In this document: one piece after another, positions 1-12,638 of the stretch
How the letters are laid out: each line of letters begins with the position of its first letter
Position numbering within the stretch: the stretch's first letter is position 1
Assembly: GCA_046347755.1 (NCBI GenBank)
Contig: JAXMFM010000004.1
Span: 368,028 to 432,027, forward strand
Reading direction: 5' to 3'
Length of the DNA: 64,000 nucleotides
DNA from: Burkholderiales bacterium
GTDB lineage: Bacteria > Pseudomonadota > Gammaproteobacteria > Burkholderiales > Casimicrobiaceae
Made by a program: the position numbers and the translations under genes
Notes under the pieces: model-generated
The model's database searches: none
Told to the model about the DNA's origin: nothing
Seen by the model: the letters and a program-made list of their open reading frames with translations, nothing else

Positions 1-741
1 AAGACCTACGCCGACGGCACGCGCGCGCTGGCGCCGGTCGACCTGGCCATCGCCGGCGGCGAGTTCGTCACGCTGCTCGGGCCGTCGGGCTGCGGCAAGA
101 CCACGCTGCTGCGGATGGTCGCGGGACTGTCGGCGCCGACGCAGGGCCGCATCGCGTGGTGGGGCGCGCCCGCGCCGCCGGCCGACGATCCGGCGCGCCG
201 GCTCGCGATGGTCTTCCAGTCGCCGACGCTGATGCCGTGGGCGAGCGTGGCCGCCAACGCGCGGCTGCCGCTCGACCTGGCGGGCACGCCGCGCGCCGAC
301 GCCGAGCGCGTTGCGATCGAGGCGCTGGCCGGCGTGGGCCTTGCCGGCACCGAACGGAAGTTTCCGCGCGAGCTGTCCGGCGGCATGCAGATGCGCGTGG
401 CGATCGCGCGGGCGCTGGCCAACGCGCCGGCGCTGCTGCTGATGGACGAGCCGTTCGGCGCGCTCGACGAGTTCACGCGCCATCGGCTCGACGCCGACCT
501 CGCGGCGCTGTGGCACTCGCGTTCGCTGTCCGTGCTGTTCGTCACCCACAGCATCCAGGAAGCGGTGTTCCTGTCCACGCGCGTCGTCGTGATGGCGGCG
601 AAACCGGGACGCGTGGTCGCCGACGTCGCGATCCCCGCGCCGCATCCGCGCGGCGCGGCGTTTCGCGGGTCGGCGCAATTCGCCGCGCTGTGCGCGGAGC
701 TGTCGTCGCGCGTCGCCGACGCGGCGACCGCGCAGGCGTGA
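1..741 (+). CDS. NitT/TauT-family ABC transporter ATP-binding protein (5' truncated by window)
   Basis: Frame 1 from base 1 reads KTYADG...GPSGCGKT (Walker A); LSGGMQMR signature, LLLMDEPFGALD Walker B, FVTHS. Confidence 0.9.
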   Translation, partial: KTYADGTRALAPVDLAIAGGEFVTLLGPSGCGKTTLLRMVAGLSAPTQGRIAWWGAPAPPADDPARRLAMVFQSPTLMPWASVAANARLPLDLAGTPRADAERVAIEALAGVGLAGTERKFPRELSGGMQMRVAIARALANAPALLLMDEPFGALDEFTRHRLDADLAALWHSRSLSVLFVTHSIQEAVFLSTRVVVMAAKPGRVVADVAIPAPHPRGAAFRGSAQFAALCAELSSRVADAATAQA

Positions 742-1532
742 TGCCGTCCCCGTCGCGCGCGCTGCGCATCGTCGCCCCGTTGGGCGTCGCGGCGCTCGTG
801 CTCGCCGCCTGGCAGGCGCTGGTCACGCTCTACGACGTCCCGGCGTACCTGGTGCCGTCGCCGCTGCGCGTCGCGCAGACGCTGTGGGTCGACCGCGCGC
901 TGCTCGCCGGCTCGCTCGGCGTGACGGCGGGCATCGCGCTGACGGCGCTGGCCATCGCCGTCGTTGCCGGCGTGACGATCGCGTTCGTGTTCGCGCAGAG
1001 CCGGCTGATCGAAGCGAGCCTCTTCCCGTACGCGATCCTGCTGCAGGTGACGCCGATCGTCGCGATCGCGCCGCTGATCATCATCTGGGTCAAGGACACG
1101 CGTACGGCGCTCGTGCTGTGCGCGGCGGTCGTCGCGATCTTCCCGGTCATCTCCAACACGACCCTGGGCTTGCGCAGCGTCGATCCGGGCCTCGCCGACC
1201 TGTTCCGGATGAGCCGCGCCACGCGCTGGCAGACGCTGGTACGCCTGCGCATCCCGAGCGCGCTGCCGTATTTCTTCGCCGGCCTGCGCATCGCCGGCGG
1301 GCTCGCGCTGATCGGCGCGGTCGTCGCCGAGTTCGTCGCGGGCACCGGCGGCGCCGGCGCCGGGCTCGCCTACCAGATCCTTCTCGCCGGCATCCAGCTC
1401 AACATCCCTCGCCTCTTCGCCGCTTTGGTGCTGATCACGCTGGCCGGCGTCGTCCTCTACGCGGCGATAAGCGCCGTCGCGCGACTGGCGCTCGCCCGCT
1501 GGCACGAGAGCGAGCTCGCGCGCGAGGACTAG
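741..1532 (+). CDS. NitT/TauT-family ABC transporter permease
   Basis: ATG at 741 overlaps the ATPase TGA (TGATG); hydrophobic helices and the [15 protein letters not shown]...GAVVAEF motif. Confidence 0.9.
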   Translation: MPSPSRALRIVAPLGVAALVLAAWQALVTLYDVPAYLVPSPLRVAQTLWVDRALLAGSLGVTAGIALTALAIAVVAGVTIAFVFAQSRLIEASLFPYAILLQVTPIVAIAPLIIIWVKDTRTALVLCAAVVAIFPVISNTTLGLRSVDPGLADLFRMSRATRWQTLVRLRIPSALPYFFAGLRIAGGLALIGAVVAEFVAGTGGAGAGLAYQILLAGIQLNIPRLFAALVLITLAGVVLYAAISAVARLALARWHESELARED

Positions 1533-1840
1533 CGCGCGAACTTGCGGATGACCGCCAGCGCCTCGTCGATCGCCGCGTCGCCGCGCCCGGACTTCACCGC
1601 GTGCTGCACGCAGCCGTGCAGGTGATGCTCGAGCAGCTTGCGCGCGAGCGCGTCGAGCGCCGACTGCACGGCGCTGACCTGCGTCAGCACGTCGATGCAG
1701 TAGCGGTCGTCCGCGATCATCTTGCCGATGCCGCGCACCTGGCCCTCGATGCGGTTGACGCGCTTGGCCAGCGCCGCGCCGTCGCTGCGCGCGACCGCCG
1801 GATGCGCATGGGCCGGCGCCGCCTTACGCGACGACGTCAT
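1529..1840 (-). CDS. csoR: CsoR/RcnR-family copper-sensing repressor
   Basis: [12 protein letters not shown]...YCIDVLTQ...HLHGCV (Cys-His-Cys ligand set); lies downstream of copA-copZ. Confidence 0.88.
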   Translation of the reverse strand: MTSSRKAAPAHAHPAVARSDGAALAKRVNRIEGQVRGIGKMIADDRYCIDVLTQVSAVQSALDALARKLLEHHLHGCVQHAVKSGRGDAAIDEALAVIRKFAR

Positions 1841-2033
1841 ATCCGGCGTCTTCGACGGCCGTTCGCAGCGCCGGCGCGCCGGTGCGCGCCGGGTCGAACG
1901 TGACCTTCGCCGCGCCGGGTGTCAGCGTCACCGCGACGTCGGCCACGCCCGGGACCGCCTTCAGCACGCGCGTGACGCTCGCCACGCAGCCGCCGCACGT
2001 CATGCCCTTTACGTTCATCGTGATCGTTTCCAT
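1824..2033 (-). CDS. copZ: Copper chaperone, HMA domain
   Basis: GMTCGGC metal-binding motif, 69 aa, AGGAG Shine-Dalgarno upstream. Confidence 0.88.
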   Translation of the reverse strand: METITMNVKGMTCGGCVASVTRVLKAVPGVADVAVTLTPGAAKVTFDPARTGAPALRTAVEDAGYDVVA

Positions 2034-2067
2034 TGCCTTCTCCTCGTTGAAATGGGGTCAGACCCCA

Positions 2068-4314
<2,247 letters not shown>

Positions 4315-4320
4315 TGCGTC

Positions 4321-4349
4321 AATGTAGGCGCTGCCGACGGCTTTTTCAA
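4321..4349 (-). promoter_or_regulatory. sigma70-type promoter of copA (TTGAAA-17-TACATT), probably leaderless
   Basis: -35 at 4344-4349, -10 at 4321-4326, 17-bp spacer; the ATG lies 6 nt past the -10. Confidence 0.6.
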
Positions 4350-4350
4350 C

Positions 4351-4367
4351 ATACCCGGTCCGGGTAT
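4351..4367. promoter_or_regulatory. CsoR-type operator ATACCCGG-T-CCGGGTAT
   Basis: Inverted repeat of the ATACCC...GGGTAT form typical of CsoR operators. It abuts the copA -35 and overlaps a + strand TATACT -10 (4365-4370). Confidence 0.8.
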
Positions 4368-4411
4368 ACTCGACGGCGACGCAACGACTTCCACCCCCCG
4401 GGACCCGACCC

Positions 4412-5797
4412 ATGAGTCGAACGCAGCTGACCGCCCTCCTCGTCGCCGCGACGTTTCTCGCGAGCTGCAACAACGACCATGGCGGCAGCGGCGACGTGAC
4501 GCTGGCTCCGCCGCCGCCGCCCACCGGCACGATCTACGCGTTCGGCGCGACGTCGTCGCCCGCGCAGGACGGCGCCGAGCCCAAGGGCTCGCTCACCGCG
4601 GTCACCCAGAATGGCAGCACCGTGCTGTTCGGCCGCACGGCGATCGGCGGCAGCAACGGATGCGGGACGATCTTCTCGGTGAACCCGGACGGGTCCGGTT
4701 ACAGCGTGCAGTACCGCTTCGGCGGCGCCGACGGCTGCGATCCGCGCCACGACGCGATGACGCTCAATCCCAACGACAACCGGCTGTACGCGACCACGCA
4801 GGGCGTCAACCAGACGAACAACGCCACCTACGGCAACCAGGGCCAGATCTTCTCGTTCGCGCCGGGAACCGCGATTCCCACGCCGATTACCGCCGTTCAC
4901 ACGTTCACCGGCACGCCCGACGGCGCGCAGCAGCACAGCTCGTTCTCGATCGATCCGGTCAGCGGCCTCATGTACGGCATGTCGGCGGCCGGTGGCGCCA
5001 GCAACGACGGCCTGCTCTACGCGACGAGCACGGACGGATCCACGTTCATCCACCTGCACGACTTCACCAAGGCCGAAGGCCGCAATCCGCACGGCCGCAT
5101 CGTGCTCGTCAACGGCGTGCTGTACGGCATCGCCCGCAGCGACGGCACGCTGCCGGACGGCAAGTCGGGCCAGGGCGCGGTGTTCTCGTTCACGCCGACG
5201 ACGCCGCTGGCCAGCGGCCCGATCACCGTACTGCACACGTTCGCCGGCGGCGCGGCCGACGGCGCGTTGTCCGATCACGGCTACCTGACGCCGGTGTCCG
5301 TCGGCGGCAAGACGCTGCTGTTCGGCCTGACGCAATGCGGCGGCACCGGCACCGGCAAGGACGCGTGCGGCAAATCCGACGGCGGCGGCGACGGCGTGCT
5401 GTTCCAGATCGACCCGTCGGCCACGCCCGGCAGCGCCGCGGCGTTCAACGTCGTCTATTCGTTCCAGGGCACCGAGAAAGGCGACGGCGCGGGTCCGTAC
5501 GGCTCGCTGATGTACGACGGCACTTATCTGTACGGCACCACGAGCGCCGGCGGCACGTTCGACAAGGGCACGGTGTTCCGCGTGGCGCCGGTCGCGATGA
5601 ACGGCACCGCGACGCCGACGATCCTGTACCACTTCGGGACCCGCCCCAACGACGGCATCAAGCCCATCGACAACGTGATCAGGATCGGGAACACGCTGTT
5701 TGGCATGACGGTCTACGGCGGCGCGCCGGGGCCGAGCCCCGACGATCCGGGCGTCACCGGCAACGGGACGGTGTTCGCGATTCCGCTGCCGAACTGA
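4412..5797 (+). CDS. Lipoprotein with GloVer-type (Gloeo_Verruco) tandem repeats, predicted ~7-bladed beta-propeller
   Basis: Lipobox FLAS-C19; repeated DGxxPxGxL...LYGTTxxGGxxxxGTVF units. Confidence 0.8.
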   Translation: MSRTQLTALLVAATFLASCNNDHGGSGDVTLAPPPPPTGTIYAFGATSSPAQDGAEPKGSLTAVTQNGSTVLFGRTAIGGSNGCGTIFSVNPDGSGYSVQYRFGGADGCDPRHDAMTLNPNDNRLYATTQGVNQTNNATYGNQGQIFSFAPGTAIPTPITAVHTFTGTPDGAQQHSSFSIDPVSGLMYGMSAAGGASNDGLLYATSTDGSTFIHLHDFTKAEGRNPHGRIVLVNGVLYGIARSDGTLPDGKSGQGAVFSFTPTTPLASGPITVLHTFAGGAADGALSDHGYLTPVSVGGKTLLFGLTQCGGTGTGKDACGKSDGGGDGVLFQIDPSATPGSAAAFNVVYSFQGTEKGDGAGPYGSLMYDGTYLYGTTSAGGTFDKGTVFRVAPVAMNGTATPTILYHFGTRPNDGIKPIDNVIRIGNTLFGMTVYGGAPGPSPDDPGVTGNGTVFAIPLPN

Positions 5798-5812
5798 CGC
5801 TAATGCGTGACG

Positions 5813-6118
5813 TCAGAACGGAATGCGCCCGGTCAGCATGTCGCGGTACATGACCCAGTCGCCGGCGAAGCTGTAGAGCGGATAACGGAACGTGGCCGGC
5901 CGGTTGTGCTCGAAGAAGAAGTGGCCGATCCACGCGAAGCCGTAGCCGGCGACCAGCGCGGCCGAGATCCACCACGCGTTGCCGGTGACGGCGAGCGCGA
6001 CCAGGCACCCCACGACCAGCGACGTGCCGACGAAGTGCAGCCGGCGGCACGTCCGGTTCGCGTGCTCGGACAGGTAGAACGGATAGAACTCCGCGAACGA
6101 CGCGTACGCCTTCGCCAT
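5813..6118 (-). CDS. DUF962 (Mpo1-like) small membrane protein
   Basis: FYPFYLSEH...RRLHFVG...AWIGHFFFEHNRPATF. Confidence 0.85.
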   Translation of the reverse strand: MAKAYASFAEFYPFYLSEHANRTCRRLHFVGTSLVVGCLVALAVTGNAWWISAALVAGYGFAWIGHFFFEHNRPATFRYPLYSFAGDWVMYRDMLTGRIPF

Positions 6119-6135
6119 TGCGCAACCGTACGCGG

Positions 6136-7662
6136 TTACGTCTCCGGCTTCAACTGCGGGAACAGGATCACGTCGCGGATCGACGGCGAGTCGGTGAGCA
6201 GCATCACCAGCCGGTCGATGCCGATGCCCTCGCCGGCCGTCGGCGGCAATCCGTACTCCATCGCGCGCAGGTAGTCGGCGTCGTAGAACATCGCCTCCTC
6301 GTCGCCGGCCTCACGCGCGTCGACCTGCGCGCGAAAGCGCGCCGCCTGGTCCTCGGGGTCGTTCAGCTCCGAGAAGCCGTTGGCCATCTCGCGTCCGGTG
6401 ATGAACAGCTCGAAGCGGTCGGTGACGGCCGGATTCGCGTCGTTGGCGCGAGCGAGCGGCGACACGTCGGTCGGATGCGCGACGATGAACGTCGGCTGCG
6501 CGAGCTTCGCCTCGGTGGTCGCCTCGAACAGCTTCAGCTGCAGCAGGCCCACGCCGTCCGTGTCGAACACCTCGGCGTCGAATGGCGCGAGGGCAACGCG
6601 CAGATACTCGGGCTTCGCGAGTTCGTGCAACGGGTACTCGGGATTGTAGCGGTGGATCGCCTCGGCCATCGTCAGCCGGTCGAACGGCCGCGACAGGTCG
6701 ATCGGCGTGCCCTGGTACTCGATCGCCGTCCGGCCGAGCACCTTCTGCGCGACCTCGCGGATCAGCGTCTCCGTGAGGTCCATCAGGTAGTGGTAGTCGC
6801 GATAGGCCTCGTAGAACTCGAGCATCGTGAACTCGGGATTGTGCCGCGTCGAAATCCCTTCGTTGCGGAAATTGCGGTTGATCTCGAACACCTTCTCGAG
6901 GCCGCCGACGACGAGCTTCTTCAGGTACAGCTCCGGCGCGATGCGCAGGAACAGCTGCATGTCGAGCGCGTTGTGGTGCGTGGTGAACGGCCGCGCCGCC
7001 GCGCCGCCGGGGATCGGGTGCATCATCGGCGTCTCGACTTCGAGATAGCCGCGGGCCACGAAGAACTCGCGGATCGCCTGCACGATCTGCGACCGCTTGA
7101 CGAACACGTCGCGCGACGCCGGGTTGGTGATGAGGTCGACGTAGCGCTGCCGGTAGCGCTGCTCCTGGTCGGTCATCCCGTGGAACTTCTCCGGCAGCGG
7201 CCGCAGCGCCTTCGCGAGCAGCCGGATTGCCGACACCTTGACCGACAGCTCGCCGGTCTTGGTGACGAACAGCGTGCCCTCGGCGCCGACGATGTCGCCC
7301 AAGTCCCAGTGCTTGAACGCGTCGAGCTGCGCGGCGCCGACCGCGTCGAGCGTCACGTACACCTGGATGCGGCCGGACATGTCTTGCAGCGTGGCGAAGC
7401 ACGCCTTGCCCATCACGCGCTTCAACACCATGCGCCCCGCGATCGCCACGCGGACCGCCTGCGGCTCGAGCGCCTCGTTGGCCGCGCCGTCGTACTTCGC
7501 GTGCAGCTCCGCAGCCAGCGCGTCGCGCCGGAAGTCGTTCGGATACGCCTGTCCCGCGGCCCGCAGGTCGGAGAGCTTCGCGCGGCGTTCGGCGATGATC
7601 CTGTTCTCGTCCTGCGGCGCGTCCGGTGCGTCGGGCGGGCCCTTCGTGTTCTCGTTCGGCAT
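6136..7662 (-). CDS. lysS: Lysine--tRNA ligase (class II)
   Basis: [33 protein letters not shown]; start MPNEN. Confidence 0.97.
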   Translation of the reverse strand: MPNENTKGPPDAPDAPQDENRIIAERRAKLSDLRAAGQAYPNDFRRDALAAELHAKYDGAANEALEPQAVRVAIAGRMVLKRVMGKACFATLQDMSGRIQVYVTLDAVGAAQLDAFKHWDLGDIVGAEGTLFVTKTGELSVKVSAIRLLAKALRPLPEKFHGMTDQEQRYRQRYVDLITNPASRDVFVKRSQIVQAIREFFVARGYLEVETPMMHPIPGGAAARPFTTHHNALDMQLFLRIAPELYLKKLVVGGLEKVFEINRNFRNEGISTRHNPEFTMLEFYEAYRDYHYLMDLTETLIREVAQKVLGRTAIEYQGTPIDLSRPFDRLTMAEAIHRYNPEYPLHELAKPEYLRVALAPFDAEVFDTDGVGLLQLKLFEATTEAKLAQPTFIVAHPTDVSPLARANDANPAVTDRFELFITGREMANGFSELNDPEDQAARFRAQVDAREAGDEEAMFYDADYLRAMEYGLPPTAGEGIGIDRLVMLLTDSPSIRDVILFPQLKPET

Positions 7663-7664
7663 TG

Positions 7665-8769
7665 CTATACCCCTTGTTTCAGGCTCGCCGCGATGAAGTC
7701 GTCGAGGTCGCCGTCGAGTATCGCCTGCGTGTTGCCGACCTCGTAGTTGGTCCGCAGGTCCTTGATCCGCGACTGGTCGAGCACGTACGACCGGATCTGG
7801 TGGCCCCAGCCGATGTCGGTCTTGCTGTCCTCGAGCTTCTGCTGCTCCTCGCGCCGCTTGCGCAGCTCCAGCTCGTACAGCTTCGACTTCAGCATCGCCA
7901 TCGCCTCGGCGCGGTTGCGGTGCTGCGAGCGGTCGTTCTGGCACTGCACGACGATGTTGGTCGGCAAGTGCGTGATGCGCACGGCGGAGTCGGTCTTGTT
8001 CACGTGCTGGCCGCCGGCGCCGGATGCGCGGTACGTGTCGATGCGCAGGTCGGCCGGGTTGATGTCGACGTCGATCGAGTCGTCGACCTCCGGGTAGACG
8101 AACACGCTGGCGAACGAAGTGTGCCGGCGTGCGTTGGAGTCGAACGGGCTCTTGCGCACCAGCCGGTGCACGCCGACTTCCGTGCGCAGGTAGCCGTACG
8201 CGTAGTCGCCCTCGACCTTGATCGACGCGCTCTTGATGCCGGCGACTTCGCCGTCGGACTCCTCGAGCACTTCGGTCCGGTAGCCCTTGCGCTCGCAGTA
8301 GCGCAGGTACATGCGCATCAGCATCGACGCCCAGTCCTGCGCCTCGGTGCCGCCGCTGCCCGCCTGGATGTCGATGAAGCAGTTGGCGGGGTCGAGCGGA
8401 TTGCTGAACATCCGACGGAACTCGAGGTCCTCGACGGTCCTGCGCAGCCGCGCAACGTCCTCCTCGACCGCGCGCATCGTCGCGTCGTCGCCCTCGGAGC
8501 GCGCGAGCTCGAACAGCTCGCGGCTGTCGGCGAGGCCGCCGTCGAGGACGGTGATCGTGCCGACGACGCCGTCGAGCGCCTTCTTCTCCCTGCCCAGCGC
8601 CTGCGCCCGCTCGGGCGCGTCCCAGATCTTCGGGTCTTCGAGCTCGCGCGTGACGACGGCGAGCCGCTCCGCCTTCACTTCGAAGTCAAAGATACCTCCG
8701 CAGCTCGGCCGAGCGTTGCGCGAGGTCCGCGAGCGAGTTGGCGATGGCGTTTACCTGTTCCGCTTCCAT
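7665..8769 (-). CDS. prfB: Peptide chain release factor 2 (two frames joined by a +1 frameshift)
   Basis: MEAEQV...RRYL* followed by a frame carrying the SPF and GGQ motifs. Confidence 0.96.
8685..8700 (-). other. prfB programmed +1 ribosomal frameshift site
   Basis: Minus strand reads CGG AGG TAT CTT TGA C: an internal SD-like GGAGG plus the canonical CTT-TGA-C. Confidence 0.95.
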
Positions 8770-8961
8770 GGTATTGTCCCCGAGCGAATTTCTCTTGCCA
8801 AAACAGGAAATTATACGCGACGCCCGCATCCGGCGCGACGACCGGTCGCAGCGCGCGGCGCGCGCGCTCATCTGTTCGGCAGGCGGCCGTCGCGGCGACG
8901 GTAGAATGCGCGTTTCAAGCGGGGTGCCCCGGCGCATCCCCGCCCCCCTTCCGGAGTCTCC

Positions 8962-9426
8962 ATGCCCACCTTCTTCGTCAACAAGGAACGCGTCGACATC
9001 GCCAACAGCGTGCCCGGCGACACGCCGCTCCTGTGGATCCTGCGCGACAACCTGAACCTGACCGGCACCAAGTACGGCTGCGGCATGGCGCTGTGCGGCG
9101 CATGCACCGTGTACATCGACGGCACGCCGACGCGCTCGTGCACGACGCCGCTGTCCGCGCTGAAGCCGGGCGTGGAGATCACGACCATCGAAGGCCTCGC
9201 CACCCGCGAGGCGAAAGCGGTGCAGGCGGCGTGGGAGAAGCTCGACGTCCCGCAATGCGGGTACTGCCAATCGGGCCAGGTGATGGCCGCGACCGCGCTG
9301 CTCGCGAAGAACAAGCGTCCTTCGGACGCCGATATCGACCAGGCGATGGCGGGCAACGCTTGCCGCTGCGCAACCTACGTACGCATTCGCGCGGCGATCA
9401 AGGAAGCCGCCCGGACGCTGGCGTAA
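8962..9426 (+). CDS. 2Fe-2S small subunit, isoquinoline 1-oxidoreductase/aldehyde dehydrogenase family (IorA-like)
   Basis: [28 protein letters not shown] motifs. Confidence 0.9.
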   Translation: MPTFFVNKERVDIANSVPGDTPLLWILRDNLNLTGTKYGCGMALCGACTVYIDGTPTRSCTTPLSALKPGVEITTIEGLATREAKAVQAAWEKLDVPQCGYCQSGQVMAATALLAKNKRPSDADIDQAMAGNACRCATYVRIRAAIKEAARTLA

Positions 9427-9437
9427 GGAGACGAACG

Positions 9438-11666
9438 ATGAATCCGATGCGCATGCGTCCCCCGGTCCCGGCGGAAGGCGTTTCCCGCCGCGTGTTCCTC
9501 AAGTCCACCGCCGCCGCAGGCACCGGCCTCACGCTCGGCCTTTGGCTCGGCCCCGCCGCCGCGCAGACGTCCGGACCGGGCAGGACGGTCGGCGCCGCGG
9601 CCGCCGGAACGTTCGCGCCCAACGCCTTCCTGCGCGTGGGCAACGACAACACGGTCACCGTCATCGTCAAGCACCTGGAGATGGGCCAGGGCGTGTACAC
9701 GGGACTGCCGACGCTGATCGCGGAAGAACTGGACGCCGCGTGGTCGCAGGTGCGCGTCGAAGGCGCGCCGGCCGACGCGTCGCGGTACAACAACCTGTTC
9801 TGGGGCCCGGCGCAGGGCACCGGCGGCTCGACGGCGATGGCCAACTCGTTCGAGCAGTACCGGCAGGCCGGCGCCGCCGCGCGCGCGATGCTCGTCGCGG
9901 CCGCCGCCGAGCAGTGGAAGGTGCCCGCCGATTCCGTCCAGGTGAAAGCCGGCGTGGTCTCGCATGCCAGCGGCAAGCGCGCGTCGTTCGGCGAGCTCGC
10001 CGCGGCCGCCGGCAGGCAGCCGGTGCCGACGACCGTCAAGCTGAAGGACGCGAAGGACTTCGTGTTCATCGGCAAGCACGTGCCGCGCACCGATTCGAAG
10101 GCCAAGTCCAACGGCACCGCGCGGTTCACGCAGGACGTGAAGCTGCCGGACATGCTGACGGCGGTGGTCGCGCATCCGCCGCGGTTCGGCCAGAACGTCG
10201 CGACGTTCGACGCGGCGAGCGTGTCGGGCGTCCCGGGCGTGCGCTACGTCGTCGAGATCCCGACGGGCATCGCGATCATCGCGACCACGTTCTGGGCGGC
10301 CAAGAAGGGCCGCGACGCGCTCAAGGTCGAGTGGGACGAAACTTCCGGCTTCAAGGGCTCGAGCGACGCAATGATGGCCGAGTACCGCAAGCTCGCCGAG
10401 GGCCCCGGCGCCAAGGCGCGCAGCGACGGCGACGCGGGCAAGGCGCTCGGCGACGCCGCGAAGAAGCTCGACGCCGTCTACGAATTTCCGTACCTCGCGC
10501 ACGCGGCGATGGAGCCGATGAACTGCGTGGTCAAGCTGACGAAGGACGCGTGCGAGATCTGGAACGGCGAGCAGTTCCAGACCGGAGACCAGGCCGCGAT
10601 CGCCAGGTACACGGGGCTCAAGCCCGAGCAGGTCAAGCTCAACATGCTGTACGCCGGCGGCAGCTTCGGGCGCCGCGCGAGTGCCGCGTCGGACTACGTC
10701 CTCGAGGCCGTGTCGATCGCCGACGCGCTGTCGCGCAGCGGCAAGCCCGGCATCCCGGTCAAGATGGTGTGGACGCGCGAGGACGACATGAAAGGCGGCT
10801 ACTACCGGCCGATGTACGTGCACGCGCTGAAGGCCGGGCTGGACGCGGCCGGCAACGTCACGGGCTGGCATCACCGCATCGTCGGCCAGTCGATCCTCGT
10901 CGGCACGGCGTTCGAGTCGGTGATGGTCAAGGACGGCATCGACCTCACCAGCGTCGAAGGCGCGTCGACGCTGCCCTACGCGATCCCGCACCTCGCCGTC
11001 GAACTCCATTCGCCGAAGCAGGGCGTGCCGGTGCTGTGGTGGCGCTCGGTCGGCTCGACGCACACCGCGTACTCGACCGAGACGTTCATGGACGAGCTGG
11101 CGGTCGCGGCAGGCAAGGACCCGGTCGAATACCGGCGCGCGCTGCTCGCCAGGCATCCGCGGCACCTGGCGGCGCTGGAACTCGCGGCCGCCAAGGCCGA
11201 CTGGGGCAAGCCGCTGGCCGCGGGCAAGGCCGGCGAGAAGCGCGGCCGCGGCGTTGCCGTGCACGAGTCGTTCGGCACGGTCGTCGCTCAGGTCGCCGAG
11301 GTCACCGTCGACAAGGACAACAAGTTCCGCGTCGACCGGGTCGTCTGCGCCGTCGAGTGCGGCATCGCGGTGAATCCGGACAACGTGCGCGCGCAGATGG
11401 AAGGCGGCATCGGCTTCGGGCTGTCGGCCGCGCTGTACGGAAAGATCACGCTGAAAAACGGCGTGGTCGAGCAGTCCAACTTCCACGACTACCCGGTACT
11501 GCGGATCAGCGAGATGCCGGCGGTCGAGGTCCACATCGTGCCGTCGACCGAAAAGCCGACCGGCGTGGGCGAGCCCGGCGTGCCGGCGATCGCGCCGGCG
11601 GTCGCCAACGCGCTGGCCGCGGCGACGGGGAAGCGCTTGCGCTCGCTGCCGCTGTCGCTCGCGTAG
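9438..11666 (+). CDS. Molybdopterin-binding large subunit, IorB-like, Tat-exported
   Basis: SRRVFLK Tat motif, EMGQG, GGSFGRR, GVGEPG; AAGGAG SD. Confidence 0.9.
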   Translation: MNPMRMRPPVPAEGVSRRVFLKSTAAAGTGLTLGLWLGPAAAQTSGPGRTVGAAAAGTFAPNAFLRVGNDNTVTVIVKHLEMGQGVYTGLPTLIAEELDAAWSQVRVEGAPADASRYNNLFWGPAQGTGGSTAMANSFEQYRQAGAAARAMLVAAAAEQWKVPADSVQVKAGVVSHASGKRASFGELAAAAGRQPVPTTVKLKDAKDFVFIGKHVPRTDSKAKSNGTARFTQDVKLPDMLTAVVAHPPRFGQNVATFDAASVSGVPGVRYVVEIPTGIAIIATTFWAAKKGRDALKVEWDETSGFKGSSDAMMAEYRKLAEGPGAKARSDGDAGKALGDAAKKLDAVYEFPYLAHAAMEPMNCVVKLTKDACEIWNGEQFQTGDQAAIARYTGLKPEQVKLNMLYAGGSFGRRASAASDYVLEAVSIADALSRSGKPGIPVKMVWTREDDMKGGYYRPMYVHALKAGLDAAGNVTGWHHRIVGQSILVGTAFESVMVKDGIDLTSVEGASTLPYAIPHLAVELHSPKQGVPVLWWRSVGSTHTAYSTETFMDELAVAAGKDPVEYRRALLARHPRHLAALELAAAKADWGKPLAAGKAGEKRGRGVAVHESFGTVVAQVAEVTVDKDNKFRVDRVVCAVECGIAVNPDNVRAQMEGGIGFGLSAALYGKITLKNGVVEQSNFHDYPVLRISEMPAVEVHIVPSTEKPTGVGEPGVPAIAPAVANALAAATGKRLRSLPLSLA

Positions 11667-11727
11667 CCGCCACCCGCTCAGTGCGGTCGCCGGCGATCGC
11701 TGCGCCGGTGACCGCGCCGCGCTCCGC

Positions 11728-12561
11728 ATGCACACGCCCCCCGGATTCGCGCCGCTATACGCGCTGCCCGCCGTGTTGCCCGGCGGCGCGCACGCGTTCG
11801 CGTTCCGCGGCGACCGCGTGCTCGCGCACGCGGGCCCGGACGACGCGTTCGCGTTTCCGACGCTCGACGCGTTGACCGCCGCGGGCGTCGCCGGCATCCC
11901 GCATTTCCTCGGCACGCTGGACGGCACCGCCTGCATCGCGCTCAACCTGCCCGACGCGGCACCGGAACCGGCCGGCATGCGCTACGTCGGCCTGCGGACG
12001 CTGTTCTTCAAGGTGCCCGAGCCGCTGCTCGCGCTCGCCGCGCGCGGCTTCCAGGTCGTCGACTGGGACCGCTGCCACCGCTACTGCGGCCGCTGCGGCG
12101 CGCCGACGCGCGATCGCGCGAACGAGCGCGCGAAGGAGTGCCCGCAGTGCGGACTCGTCGCGTATCCGCGCGTGTCGCCGGCGATGATGGCGCTCGTCAC
12201 CCGCGGCCGCGAGATCCTGCTCGCGCGCGCGCACCGCTTCGCGCCGGGCATGTACAGCGCGCTCGCCGGCTTCGTCGAGCCCGGCGAGACCATCGAGGAC
12301 TGCGTGCGCCGCGAGGTGCGCGAGGAGGTCGGCGTCGAGGTCGGCGAGCTGACGTACTTCGCGAGCCAGTCGTGGGCGTTCCCGCATTCGCTGATGATCG
12401 CGTACACGGCCGAGTACGCGGGCGGCGACATCCGGCTGGACGACGAGGAGATCGCCGAGGCCCACTGGTTCGCCGCCGACGCGCTGCCGCCGCTGCCGCC
12501 GTCGCTGTCGATCGCGCGCCGGCTGATCGAAGCGACCGCGGCCCGGCTGCGCGGCGCATGA
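11728..12561 (+). CDS. nudC: NAD(+) diphosphatase
   Basis: CxxC...CxxC zinc ribbon, Nudix box GETIEDCVRREVREEVG, SQSWAFPHSLM. Confidence 0.9.
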   Translation: MHTPPGFAPLYALPAVLPGGAHAFAFRGDRVLAHAGPDDAFAFPTLDALTAAGVAGIPHFLGTLDGTACIALNLPDAAPEPAGMRYVGLRTLFFKVPEPLLALAARGFQVVDWDRCHRYCGRCGAPTRDRANERAKECPQCGLVAYPRVSPAMMALVTRGREILLARAHRFAPGMYSALAGFVEPGETIEDCVRREVREEVGVEVGELTYFASQSWAFPHSLMIAYTAEYAGGDIRLDDEEIAEAHWFAADALPPLPPSLSIARRLIEATAARLRGA

Positions 12562-12638
12562 GCGCGCAGGGCCGTCCCGAGCGCGAAGGGAGTCCAGCAA
12601 GCGAGCGCCCGCCGCGGACTGCTAGAATCGCCGTCTTC

